Program-made: the position numbers and the translations under genes
In this document: positions 49,114-63,402 of the stretch, piece by piece
Layout: each line of letters begins with the position of its first letter
Numbering within the stretch: the stretch's first letter is position 1
Notes under the pieces: model-generated
Seen by the model: the letters and a program-made list of their open reading frames with translations, nothing else
What the model was told of the DNA's origin: nothing
Database searches by the model: none
Source: the human T2T-CHM13v2.0 reference genome, Homo sapiens
Length of the DNA stretch: 64,000 bases
Reading direction: 5' to 3' (one strand)
Assembly: GCF_009914755.1 (NCBI RefSeq)
Contig: NC_060927.1

Positions 49114-51673
49114 TGTATTAGCCCATTCTCACGCTGCTATGAAGAAATACCCGAGACTGGGTAATTTAGAAAGAAAAGAGGTTTCATTGATTCACAGTTC
49201 CACATGGCTGGGGAAGCCTCAGGAAACTTACAATTATGGCGGAAGACACCTCTTCACATGGTGGCAGGAGACAGAATGAGTGCCAGCAGGGGGAAATGCC
49301 GGACACTTATAAAACCATCAGATCTCGTGAGAACTCACTCACTATCACCACGAGAACAGCATGGGGAAAACTGCCCTCATGATTCAACTACCTCCCACTG
49401 GATCCCTCCCATGACATGTCAGGATTATGGGGATTAAAATTCAAGGTGAGATTAGGGTGGGAACAAAGCCAAACCATATCTTTCAGCCCCTGGCGCCTCC
49501 CAAATCTCATCTTTCTCACATTTCAAAACACAATCATGCCTTTCCAACAGTCCCCCAAAGTCTTAACTCATTCTGGCATTAACCCAAAAGTTCAAGTCCA
49601 AAGTCTCATCTGAGACAAGGCAAGTCCCTTCTGCTTATAAGCCTGTGAAATCAGAAGCAAGTTAGTTACTTCCTAGATTTGGTGGGGGTATAGGCATTGG
49701 GTTAATATGTACATTCGAAATGGGAGAAATTGGCCAGGCACAGCAGCTCATGCCTGTAATCCCAGCACTTTGGGAGGCCGAGGTGGGCGGATCACCTGAG
49801 GTCAGGAGTTCAAGACCAGCGTGGCCAACATGGTGAAACCCTGTCTCTTCTAAAAATACAAAAATTAGCTGGGCATGGTGGCAGCTGCCTGTAATCCCAG
49901 CTACTTGGGAGGCTGGGGCATGAGAATCACTTGAACCCAGAGGCAGAGGTTGCATGAGCCGAGATTGTGCCACTACACTCCAGCTTGGGTGACAAACTAA
50001 GACTCTGTCTCGAAAAAAAAAAAAATTGGTAGAAATTAGACAAAACAAGGGGAGCTACAGGCCCTATGCAAGTCCAAAATCCAAGAGCACATTCATTAAA
50101 CCTTAAGGGTCCAGAAGGATCTCCTTTGACTCCATGTCTCACATCCAGGGCATGCTGATGCAAGAGGTGGGCTCCCACAGCCTTGGGCAGCTCCACTTCT
50201 GTGGCTTTGCAGTGTACAGCCCCCATCCCAGCCACTTTCATGGGCCAGCATTGAGTGTCTGCAGCTCTTCCAGGTGCACAATGCAAGCTGTTGGTGGACT
50301 TACCATTCTGGGGTCTGGAGGACAGTGGTCTTCTTCTCACAGCTCCACTAGGCAGTGCTCCAGTTGGAGGACTCTGTGTAGGGGCTCCAACCCCACATTT
50401 CTCTTCCTCACTGCCCTAGCAGAGGTTCTCCAAGAGGTTCTCCATGAGGGCTTCCCCCTCGCCAGCAAACTTCTGCTTGGACATCCAGGTGTTTCCATAC
50501 ATCCTCTGAAATCTAGGTGGAGGTTCCCAAATCTCAATTCTTGACATCTCTGCACCCACAGGCTCAATATCATGTGGAAGCTGCCCAGGCTTGGGGCTTG
50601 CACCCTGTGAAGCAGTGGTCCAAGCTGTGCCTTGGCCTCTTTTAGCCATGGCTGGGATGCAGGACATCAAGTCCCAAGGCTGCACAGAGCAGCAGTGGGG
50701 CCATGGGCCTGACCCACAAAACCATCTTTCCCTCCTGGGACTCTGGGCCTGTGATGGGAGGGGCTGTTGTGAAGTTCTCTGACATGCCCTGAGACATTTT
50801 CCCCATTGTCTTGGTGATTAACATTCAGCTCCTCATTACTTATGCAAATTTCTGCAGCTGGCTTGAATTTCTCCCCAGAAAAGGGGTTTTCCTTTTCTAC
50901 TGCTTCATTGGGTTGCAAAATTTCCAAACTATTGTCCTCTGCTTCCTTTTGAACGCTTTGCCACTTAGAAATTTCTTTCACCAGATACCCTAAATCATCT
51001 CCCTCAAGTTCAAAGTTCCACAGATCTCTAAGGCAGGGGCAAAATGCCACCAGTCTCTTTGCTAAAGCATAGCAAGAGTAACCTTTACTCCAGTTCCCAA
51101 CAAGTTCCTCATCTCCATCTGAGAACACCTCAGCCTGGACTTCATTGTCCATATCACTATCAGCATTTTAGCCAAAGCCATTCAACAAGTCTCTAGGTAG
51201 TTCCAAACTTTCCATCTTCCTGTCTTCTTCTAAGCCCTTTGAACTGTTCCAACCTCTGTCTGTTGCAAAGTTCTAAAGTCGCTTCCACATTTTCAGGTAT
51301 CTTTATAGCAGCACCTCACTCTCTTCAGTACTGTTCTCATGTATTAGTCCATTCTCATGCAGCTATGAAGAAATACCTAAGACTGGATAATTTACAAAGA
51401 AAAGAGGTTTAATTGACTCACAGATCTGCATGGCTGTGGAGGCCTCAGGAAACTTACAATCATGGCAGAAGGCATCTCTTCACAGGGTGGCAGGAGAGAG
51501 AATGAATGCAAGCAGGGGAAATGCCAGACACTTATAAAACCATCAGATCTCGTGAGACTCACTCACTGTCATGAGAACAGCATGGGAGAAACACCCCCAT
51601 GATTCAATTACCTCCCACCAGGTCCCTCCCACAAAACATGGGGACGATGGGGATTACAATTGTGGGTAACACA
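49114..51673 (-). mobile_element. THE1D-like MaLR provirus: 3' LTR 49114-49481, THE1-int, 5' LTR 51340-51673 (outer end damaged)
   Basis: Two direct LTRs (tgtattag.ccattctca.gc.gctatgaagaaatacc); internal ORF remnant 50667..51152 (DNEVQAEVFSDGDEELVGNWSKG...). Confidence 0.9.
49732..50025 (+). mobile_element. AluS nested in THE1-int
   Basis: Full Alu; aaattgg at both flanks. Confidence 0.93.
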
Positions 51674-52076
51674 AGTGATCAGAAGGTCACAAAGCCTAAC
51701 ACAATGTACTGGGAGAGACTTTCTTCTAAGACTGTGTAGATGCTTAGAATAAATAAATGCCATGAAGTGGCACATAATTATTTTTCCATTTACTTTTCCT
51801 TCAAGTTAATGTTGTCCTCAAATCACAAGAGTATTCCTTATAGCAAAAATTATTTTTTAAAAAAATCAAAAGTATAAGCAACCCTATTATCCATCAATGG
51901 ATAAACAAAATGTGGTATGTACATGCAATGGAATATGATGCCTTAATATTTTACATATACATAATATTATTTAGCCATAAAAAGGAAGGACATTCTGACA
52001 CGTGCTCATAATTATGAATATGCTTAACCCTACTGAGCTGTACACTTAAAAATGATTATAATGGTAAATTTTGTGG

Positions 52077-52441
<365 letters not shown>

Positions 52442-53079
52442 TAAAATGGGATAAAATAGAGTGAAATCCTCTGACACTCATCCCCACCACAAAGACAGCC
52501 AAAATAATCAACAAACAACTACATTTTAACAAAAATAACTAAAGAATAGCACCAGAGAACATCGAAGGAGTGACAAAAAACCAAGTGAGCACTGAAACTG
52601 AGGGTAGCCACATAGAGAATAGAAGGAAACAAAGGGACTCCACCACCACATACGTCAGGCTGCATCAGCAGAGAACCAGGAGAAACCTCTCCCCATGGCA
52701 AAAAGGTAAGCAGGAGGATCCCAGCAGCCCCCATCAACACCTTGGACATGGAAAGTCTTCACCATTGGGGTCCCCTGCAGTTCTCACAAGCACTAAGACC
52801 AGCTGAGGGAGCCACCTGGAGTCCCCACAGCTGTGCTTCCCACCCAGAGAAGGAGCTGACATTGGGCCCTACCCCTAGTGGCCCTCAGGGCTACCGCACT
52901 ATGTTATCTTGGAGCAAATGAACAAATGTTGGAGTGTGACTTGCTCTGGGTACAAGTAGCTACGGCATGCCTTCATCCCTGAGACTAAGGCACCAAACCA
53001 CCTTCACCTGGTGGCCTCACATCCCCAAGCTGAGCTGCAAGCAGCTATTACACCCTTCCCTCTGGGGCCAAAGCTGTAC

Positions 53080-53930
53080 AATCCCTCCTGGGAAAACAGT
53101 ACTTTGTCAGAAACCTCTATCTACCTCTCATAGTTGTAGCGGAGCCTGCCCCCTCAGTCTGGAGCTGAAGTAGCACACTCCCTCCTGGAGGAAGGGTGTC
53201 TTGGTGGAGCTACTCCATCCACCCTTCACAGTCACTGCTGCTGCTGCTGCTGTGCCCTGCACCTAGGGACCACAGCTAAAACAGCATATGCCCTCCTGGG
53301 GAAAAGGTGCGGAGGCAGAGCTGTTTCAGCCACCTCCCCTAGTCACTGTTGTGCCCGGCCCCTCAGGGCCAGACCTAAAGCTGTGTCCCCGCTCCTGGTG
53401 AAACGGTGTCTTGGTGGAGTTGCTCCACCTGCCCTTCCCAGTTGATGCTGCACCCTATCCCTAGCGGCATGAGCTGAAGCCATGCACCTCCACCTGAGAA
53501 AATGGTAGATTAGCAGAGCTCCTCCAAAAACTCCTCCTAGTTGCTGCCGTGCCTTGCCCCACAGGACTCAAACTGAAGCCGCGCACTGCCTGCTAAGAAA
53601 CAGTGCTTTGGCAGAGCCACTTCACATAACCCTCCTAGTCACTGCTGCATCCTTCCCCCTTGTGCTAAAGCTGAAGCAACACCAGGCAACCTGGGAAAAT
53701 GATGCCTTAGCTTCCCAGAACAGCCACACCTCCCTGGTGCCTAAGTTGAACCAGTACACTGCCTCTCAAAAAATGGTGCCACGGCCACCCAGAACAGTCA
53801 TGTATCCTGGTACCTAAGCTGGGACAGTGCCCTGCATTCCAGGGAAATGGTGGCTGGGCTACCCAGAACAGTCACACTCCGAGGCCTGAGCTGCAGTGGC
53901 ATATCACTCCCAGAGAATTAGTGCCTTTCC
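53080..53930 (+). repeat. Degenerate tandem array in L1 5' UTR (~6 x ~100 bp, then ~3-4 x ~74 bp)
   Basis: Recurring cctcctgg(g)gaaa..gtg..ttgg..gagc ... gagctgaagc units starting near 53084, 53180, 53291, 53391, 53491, 53589, then 53687, 53761, 53835. Confidence 0.75.
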
Positions 53931-55132
53931 TGAACTGAGCAGATGCACATCCTGGAGCTGACCTGACATAGTAACCCACGTTCCAAGGAAATGAAGCAGT
54001 GGCTGAGCTGAGACACAGTGCCATACAGGAAAACCAAATCTAGTAATCTGCTTTTCTGAAGCTGGACTAGCCTAGAGAATGAGTTGCTGAGACACTTCTT
54101 TCCCTAGGGAGTGGAGTCATTGTTGTGATGGTCCCTGGCCCCCAGATCCCAAACAACAGCTGTGCTCCACCATTCTGGGGGTACTTGTTGCCACTGCACT
54201 TGGCCTCATAGAGTCTGGGGTACTGCCAAGCCTTACCACCCCAGGGTCTAGCATCACACTACATGGTGCCTCAACCCCTGGGACCCAAGTTGCTACTGAA
54301 CCCTATTGGCTCAGGCTCCCAAATTGTAGCTTACCCTATTACCCAGGCCCAAACTTTCAGAGCACCTCTCCCCCAGAATTAGGCCAGTGCTGTGTCCTTC
54401 CCTCCAGTGATAGAATCATAGCTATAACCTGGCCCCCTGAACCTGAGCTGCTAGGGGGTATCCCAGAGTCATAGATCCTGGCTGTGTGGGTAACCTACAT
54501 CCAACACAGCCACAGAGAGAAAACTTGTACCCTAAGACCCAGGTACCAGAATAGTTTTGTGAGACTCTGAGCCTAGGACCCTGGCCCCACAGCTGTTCCA
54601 AACACCTGCACCTGGAACCCAATACCACTGTGGCTGTTTGTAGGCCATGTCAGACCTGACACCAAAAGGGATCATCTTGGCTATGTCTTTCCATCGTATC
54701 CCCATGAAAAGAGAAAGATTCCCCAAACTCCTTGCTACTAAGGACATCAACAACCTACACCACTATGGTCTCTACAACAAACTTCTACAGCCTAGACAAA
54801 TGAGGTGCCTACAGTTATTGCTGATGTTGCACACAGCTGAAGAAGCTGAACAGAGTCTATACCACTGCACCTACCTGGAAACAAAGTCACCACACCCTTC
54901 CCAATCAGCACACTAAGACTCAACTGCAGGTGAGAGTCTTTCTCTATAAAAGCCATTCTAAAAAGTTTGGAAGAAGTGATTGTTCTACCAGATGCATAGG
55001 CACTAATGCAAAAAGGCAAGAAACATGAAAAAGGAAATATGACACACCAAAGGAACATAATAACTCTCTAGTAACAGACCCCAAGGAAAAGGAAATCAAT
55101 GAATTTCCAGAAAATGAATTCGAAATAATGAC

Positions 55133-55192
55133 TTTTTTGTTTGTTTTGAGATGAGGTCTCACTCTGTTGGTCAGGGTCAGGCTGGAGTGCAA
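55133..55192 (-). mobile_element. Very short 5'-truncated Alu insertion in L1 ORF1
   Basis: ttttgagatgaggtctcactctgttgg...aggctggagtgca; TSD aaataatga (55123-55131, 55193-55201). Confidence 0.8.
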
Positions 55193-55740
55193 AAATAATG
55201 ATCCTAAGGAAACTTAACAGACACAAGAAAATACAGATACAAAATTCAATGAAATCAAGAAAACAATTCACAATATGAATGAGAAATTCAACAAAGATAA
55301 ATCATAAAAAAGAACCAAAGAAATTGTGTGGCTGAAAAATAAAATAGAAAACAAAACAGAGAGTTTCAATAATAGACTTGATTAAGCAGAAAAAATAATC
55401 TCTGAACTTGACAAGTCATTTGAAATTATCCAGTCAGAAAAAAACAAAACAAAACAAAAAACTCCAAAAAAAAACAAATGAAAAACAGTGAAGAAAGTCT
55501 ACAGGACTTAGGGGACAACATTAAGTGAACAAATATTCACATTATAGGAATGCCAGAAGGAGAAGAAATACAAAAGGTGTAGAAAACATATTTAATGAAA
55601 TATTAGCTGAAAATTTCCCAAGTCTTAGGAGAGGTATGGACACATAGATTCAGGAAGCTGAAAAGTTTCCAAAGAGATTCAATGTGAAAATGTCCTCCCC
55701 AAGGCACATTATAGTCAAAGACAAAGAGACAAAGAGAATT

Positions 55741-56759
55741 GTTTGTTTCTAAATATTTTTTCAATTATGCTTTAAGTTCTGGGATACCTGTGCAGAACGT
55801 GCAGATTTGTTACATAGGTATACACGTGTCATGGTGGTTTGCTGCACCCATCAACACGTCATCTACATTAGGTATTTCTCCTAATGTTATCCCTCCCCTA
55901 GCCCCCCACCCCCTGACAGGCCCCGGTGTGCGATGTTCCCCTCCCTGTGTACATGTGTTCTCATTGTTCAACTCCCACTTATGAGTGAGAACATGTGGTG
56001 TTTGGTTTTCTGTTCTTGTGTTAGTTTGCTGAGAATTACGGTTTCCAGCTTCATCCATGTACCCTACAAAGGACATGAACTCATCCTTTTTTATGGCTGC
56101 ACAGTATTCCATGTTGTATATGTGCCACATTTTCTTTATCCAATCTATCATTGATGGGCATTTGGGTTGGTTCCAAGTCTTTGCTATTGTGAACGGTGCT
56201 GCAATAAACATACGTGTGCATGTGTCTTTATAGTAGAATGATTTATAATCCTTTGGGTATATACCCAGCAATGGGATTGCTAGGTCAAATGGTATTTCTG
56301 GTTCTAGATCCTTGAGGAATCGCCACACTGTCTTCCACAATGGTTGAACTAACTTACACTCCCACCAAGAGTGTAAAAGTGTTCCTATTTCTCCACATTC
56401 TCTCTAGCATCTGTTGTTTCCTTTTTAATGATCGTCATTCTAACTGGCATGAGATGGTACCTCATTGTGGTTTTGATTTGCATTTCTCTAATGACCAGTG
56501 ATGATGAGCTTTTTTTCATATGTTTGTTGCCACATAAATGTCTTCTTTGGAAAAGTGTCTGTTCATATCGTTTGCCCACTTTTTGATGGGGTTGTTTTCT
56601 TCTTGTAAGTTTGTTTAAGTTATTTGTAGGTTCTGGATATTAGCCCTTTGTCAGATGGATAGATTGCAAAAATTTTCTCCCATTCTGTAGGTTGCCTGTT
56701 CACTCTGATAATAGTTTCTTTTACTGTGCAGAAGCTCGTTAGTTTAATTAGATCCCATT
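55741..56759 (-). mobile_element. 5'-truncated L1PA (L1PA6/7-like) nested antisense in host L1
   Basis: ORF2 C-terminal ORF 55810..56340; TSD gaga(c/t)aaagagaatt (55726-55740, 56760-56774). Confidence 0.92.
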
Positions 56760-59700
56760 GAGATAAAGAGAATTCTAAGAACAGCAAGAGAAAAGTGAAA
56801 AGTCCCATATAAGGGACTCCCCATTGGACTTGCAGCAGATTTCTCAGCAGAAACCTTACAGGCCAATAGAGAATGGGATGATATATTCAAAATGCTGAAA
56901 GAAAAAAAAATTGTCAGTCAAGAAAGCTATACCCAGCAAAGCTATCTTTCAGAAAGGAGAAATAAAGTCCTCGCTAGACAAGGGAAAACTGAGGAAAATG
57001 TATCACCTCTAGACTAGCCTTCCAAGAAATGCTCAAGGGATTCCTATATTTGTAAGCAAAAAGACAATAATCACCATCATGAAAACATTCAAAAGTATAA
57101 AACTCCCTGGTAGAGCAGATACACAAAAGAGAAAGAGAAAAGAATCAAACCTTATCACTACAGAAAACCACTAAACCACAATCATAAATAATAGGAGAGG
57201 AAGAAAGGAATAAAGAATATACAAAACAACCAGAAAACAATTTTTTTAATGAAATGAGTAAATCTTCATCTATCAATAATAACCTTGAATGTAAACCAAT
57301 TAAATTCTCCACTTAAAAGATATGGACTGACTGAATGGATTAAAAAACATGACCCAACAATATATTGCCTACCAGAAACTACTTCACCTGTAAAAATACA
57401 CATAGATTGAAAGTGAAGGGATGGAAAAAGATATTCCACACAAATAGAAATCAAAAACTAGCAGAAGTAGCTATACCTATATCAGATAAAATAGACTAAG
57501 TCAAAAATTGTTTCAAGAGACAAAGAAAGTCATCATATAATGATAAAAGGATCAAATCAGCAAGAGGATATAACTGTAAATCTATATGCACTCAACATTT
57601 GAGCACCCAGATACAAAAACCAAATATTGTTAGATCTACCAGGGGAGATAGACTCTACTACAGTATTAGTTGAGGACATCAATACCCCATTCTCAGCATT
57701 GGACAGATCATCTAGACAGAAAGTCAACAAAGAAACTTTGGATTTAAACTTCACTTTAGACCAAATGAACCTAATAGACACTTATGGAACATTTCATTCA
57801 ACAGCTGCAGAATATACTTTTTAAAAAAATCAGCACATGATGCATTCTCAAAGACAGACTACATGTTAGGCTACAAAACAAGTCTCAACAAATTTAAAAC
57901 AACTGAAAGCATACCAAGTATCTTTTCTGACCACAATGGAATAAAACTAGAAATCAATCACAAGTGGAACTTTCAAAACTTTATGAATACATGGAAATTA
58001 AACATGCTCCTCAACAACCAATGAGTCAACAAAGAAACTAAGAAGGGAATTTAAAAATGTCTTGAAACAAATGAAAATAGAAACACAATATACCAAAGCC
58101 TATAGGATATAGCAAAGGCAGTATTAAGAGGAAAGTTTACAGCAGTAAATGCCTAAGTCAAAAAAGTAGAAAGATTTCAAATAAACCACCTAATTATATA
58201 TCTCAAAGAACTAGAAAAGCAAGAATAAACCAAACCCCAAATTAGTAGAAAGAAAGAATTAAAAAAGAGCAGAAACAAATGAAATTGAGGCTTAAAAAAT
58301 ACAAAAGATCAACAAAACAAAAAGTTCATTTTTTGAAAAGACAACACTGGTAAACCATTAGCTAGATTAACTAAGAAAAAAGAGAAAGAACACAAATAAA
58401 ATCAGAACTGAAAAAGAGGCATTACAACTGGTATCATGAAATACAAAAAATTATTAGAGACTATTATGAACACTTATATACCAACAAACTGGAAAAATCT
58501 AATGGAAATGGATAAATTCTTGAACATGTACAAGATTGGAACAGAAAACCTGAACAGACCAGTTACAAGTAATCAGTATTACTAGATCAGTAATAACAGG
58601 TCTCCTATCAAAGACAATTCCAGGACTGGATAGCCTTACTGCTGAATTCTGCCAAACATATAAAGAGAACTAAACCAATTTTTCTCAAACTATTCCAGAA
58701 AATTGAAGAGGAAGGAATTCTTCCTAACACATTCTATAAGCCCACTATTTCTATTTCTCTGATACCCAAGCAGACAAGGACACAACAAAAAAAGAAAACT
58801 ACAGGCCAATATCCCTGATGAAAATAGATGCAAAAATTCTCAACAAGATTCTAGCAAATGATATACAACACATCATGTCTCCATGATCACAAGGGATTCA
58901 TCCCAAGGATGCAAGAATTGTTCAACATATGCAGATCAATAAATATGATACATGACATCAACAAAATAAAAAACAAAAATGATATGATCATTTCAACAGA
59001 TGCAGAAAAAAATTGATAAAATTTAACATCCCTTCATGATAAAAATTCTTCAACAAATTAGGCATAAAAGGAACATACCTAAACATAAGAAAGGTCATAT
59101 ATGGGGAAAACCTGAACACCTTTCCCCTAGGAACGGGAACAAACAGAGACACCTGTTTTCAACGCTATTATTCAAGACAGTACTGGGAGGCCTAGCCAGA
59201 ACAATCAGGCAAGAGAAAGATATAGAAGGCATTCATTCATTCACATTGGAAAAGAGGAAGTCAAATTGTCCACCATTGCTAATGACATGATCTTATTCAT
59301 AGAAAAACCTAAAGACTCCACACATACACACACACAAACACCTTTAGAACTGATAAATTCAGTTGCAGGATACAAAAATCAACATGCAAAAATCAGGATC
59401 ATTTCTATACACAAATAATGAACTAGCAGAAAAAGAAATCAAGAAAGCAATCCCATTTACAATAGCTGTAAAAATTAAAATGCCTAGGAATAAATTTGAG
59501 CAAGGAGGTAAATGACTTCTACAACAAAAACTACAGAATACTGATGAAATAAATTTAAGGGGACACAAAAAATGGACAGATATTTCATGTTCATTAATTG
59601 GAAGAATTAATATGACCATACTACCGAAAGCAATCTACAGATTCAGTGCAATCCTTAAGAAAATACCAGTAACATTATTCACCAAAATAGAAAAAAAAAT

Positions 59701-61473
59701 CCTAAAATTCATATGGAGTTATGAAGACCTCAAATAGCCAAAGCAATACTGAGCAAAAATAACAAAGCAGAGGCATCAAACTACCTGTCTTCAATATATA
59801 CTACAAAGCTATACTAACCAAAACAACGTACTACTGGCATAAAAACATACACATATAGATCAAAGGAACTCAGGAATAAGTTCATGTATTGACAGCCAAT
59901 TCATTTGCAACAAAGGCACCAAGAACATTATTGGAGAAAGGACAGTCTCTTCAATAAATCATGCCGGGGAAACTAGATATTGACAGGCAGAAAAATGAAA
60001 CTAGACTCCCATGTTTCTCATCATATACAAAAATAAACACAAAATGGATTATAGACTTAAATGTAAGGCCCAAAACTATGAAAATATTTTAAGAAAACAG
60101 GGGAAATATTTCAAGACATTGGTCTAGGCAAAAATCATATGGAGAAGACCTCACAAACGTAGGCAACAAAAGCAAAAATAGACAGATGCGGTATCAAACT
60201 AAAAACCTCCACACAGCAAAGAAAACAGTCAGCAAAGTGAAGAGGCAACCTGTAGAATGGGAGAAAATATTTGCAAATTATTTATCTAACAAGGGATTAA
60301 TATCCAGAAAATATAAGGAACTTAATAGCAAAGGAGAAGTAATCCTAATAAAAAAAATGAACAAAAGAGCTGAATAAACATTTCTCAAAAGAAGACATAC
60401 AAATGGCCATAGCTGTATGAAAAAATGCTCAATGTTACTAATTATCACAGAAATGCAAATCAAAACCACAATGAGATACTATCTCACCCCAGTTAGGGTG
60501 GCTAAAAAATAACAAATGCTGGTGAGGATGAGGAGAAATGAGAACTCTTAAATACACTGTCGGTGGGAATGTAAATCAGTACAGCCATTATGGAAAAGAG
60601 TACAGCGGTTTCTGAAAAAACTAAAAATAGAACTATTATATGATTCAGCAATCCCACTACTGCGTATTTATCCAAAGAAAGGGAAATTAGTATGTCAAAG
60701 AGGTATCTGCATTCCCATGTTAATTGCAGCAGTATTCACAATAGCCAAGATTTGGAATCCACATAAGTGTCCATCAACAGATGAATGGGTAAAGAAAATG
60801 TAGTATGTATACACAATGGAATACTACTTAGTGATTTTTTAGAAAGGAATAATATTCCATTATTCATGGCAACATGGATAACCCTGGAGGGCTTTATGTT
60901 AAGCAAAATAAGTCAGGCACAGAAAGGTAAATACTGCATGTTCTCACCCTTATGTGGAAGCCAAAAGAGTTGATCTCATACAAGTAGAGGTAGAAGAATG
61001 GTTACTAGAGGCTGAGAAAGAGCAGGGAAGGAGGATAGCTGCTTTTTGTGATGGAAATGAAAGCGCATATAGATAGGAGGAATAAGATCTAGTGTTTTTA
61101 TTGCACTATAGGGTGACTACAATAAAACAACAACATATATTTTCAAATAGCTAGAAGAACAGATTTTAAATCTTCTCAACACAAATAAATGATAAATGTT
61201 TGAGGTGATGGATATGATAAATATCCTGGGTCATTCATTACACATTGTATACATGTACAGAAATATCACACTGTACTCCATAAATATGTATAATTATTAC
61301 ATGTCAATTAAAAATAGTTAACGATGACTGACAAAAGAAAAAATGGTTAAAATGCTAAATTTTTATTATATATTTACCATAATTTTAAAAATGCAAAAAA
61401 ATTAATTCAAAAAGCCAAAGTGCCACATAAGAACCCTACTTTTTCTTTATACTTGGGTCTAAAAACAGTCCTA

Positions 61474-62228
<755 letters not shown>

Positions 62229-63115
62229 TAAAACCTAGGTAGTCTGCCTCAACATCTGCTTTCATAAATGCCAAACTAAATAACATTCTTTCAACAAGGA
62301 GAGATGAATTCAATAAGAAAATGCTCCTTGTCAATTCAGGACACCACTGCTGTCCTACAGATAGGAAGACACTCTGCCTCTCTCTGACCCTGTGAATATA
62401 GCTAAAGTCTCGAAATATATGCAAGAATATCCCATAAGAGATAATGAGCAGCGGCTGTGTATTCAATCTGAGAAAGGGACAAACAGGGATAAGCTTACAT
62501 TTCATCTGAGAAATTTGGGGTGAATGCAAAAGCTCAGAATGAAGTTTTTCTGGAATGTTGTTGGTATCATCCTACACAAAGTCAAAAGGATGAATAGAAA
62601 GAAATAATCAAGATCTCCTTTAACTCTATGATTCTTTTGTTAACTAAGATTAGTTGCATTCTCAGGAACTCAAACTGAGATTGGCAGGAGCCCCTGGGGT
62701 TACCAATTCACCTGATAACAGGAAAGAAGAGATGAAATTGTGGTTGTGGAAAGCTACCACAGTGTGCACGTGGAATACACAGGAGTGGAGCCAGGACCGA
62801 GACAAGACTGAAGTCGAGGCAAGTATCATTACCTCATTTTGATTTTAGGTTTTAGATATTTTTATGGTTTCCAAATTTCCTATAATGAAAAAATATCACC
62901 ACTTTATTCAGGAAAAATGTACAACTTCTCTTTTCAAATCTGTAGCAATTATCTCTTAACCAATTTTAGTGCAAAGATGAACAGTCTCTCTTAAAGGTAA
63001 TGAAAACTCACAGACTGTTGTATATTTTTTCCATATTAAAGAAAAATAAAACTAAATCCCCAATTTGCACCATGTATTAAAATAAATTTCAGATACATTA
63101 AAGAATAAATGTTTA

Positions 63116-63402
63116 GGCTGGGCACAGTGGCTCATACCTACAATCCCGGCACTTTGGGAGTCTGAGCTGGGCAGATCACTTGAGGTCAGGAGTTTGAGAC
63201 CAGCCGGGCCAACATGGTGAAGCCCTGTCTCTACAAAAAATACAAAAATTAGCCTGGCGTAGTGGCACGTGCCTGTAAGTCCAGCTACTTGGGAAGCTGA
63301 GGCACGAGAATTGCTTGAGCCCAGGAGGTGGAGGTTGCAGTGAGCCGAGATGAGCCACTGCACTCCAGTCTGGGCAACAGAGCGAGACTCTTTCTCAAAA
63401 AA
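63116..63402 (+). mobile_element. Alu within an old L1M remnant (~63030-63790)
   Basis: Full Alu; flanking degenerate L1 ORF2-end motifs. Confidence 0.9.

Larger units (their letters stand above)
52449..61315 (+). mobile_element. Near full-length old L1 (L1MA2-4-like) with long repeat-containing 5' UTR, decayed ORF1 and ORF2
   Basis: GC-rich 5' region; ORF1-like from ~55000; EN-like ORF 57627..57824; 3' end tagataggaggaataagatctagtg...cacattgtatacatgta...taaatatgtataattattacatgtcaattaaaa; candidate TSD aaaaat(a/g)gttaaaatg 52433-52448 and 61339-61354. Confidence 0.9.

Noticed and set aside
49927-51152. Cluster of 130-160 aa ORFs
   Set aside because: Decayed THE1-int (MaLR) reading frames and their antisense shadows; fragmented by frameshifts.
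53080-53930. Repeat-spacer (CRISPR-like) interpretation of the periodic array
   Set aside because: Units are diverged along their whole length with no constant repeat and unique spacers; it lies in an L1 5' UTR in human DNA.
55810-56340. 176-aa ORF
   Set aside because: C-terminal fragment of ORF2 in a 5'-truncated L1PA that frameshifts into the 3' UTR.
61312-61338. Short extra sequence between the L1 end and the candidate TSD as a third transduction
   Set aside because: Only ~25 bp, and an alternative TSD match (aaaaatagttaa) at ~61311 makes the boundary ambiguous.
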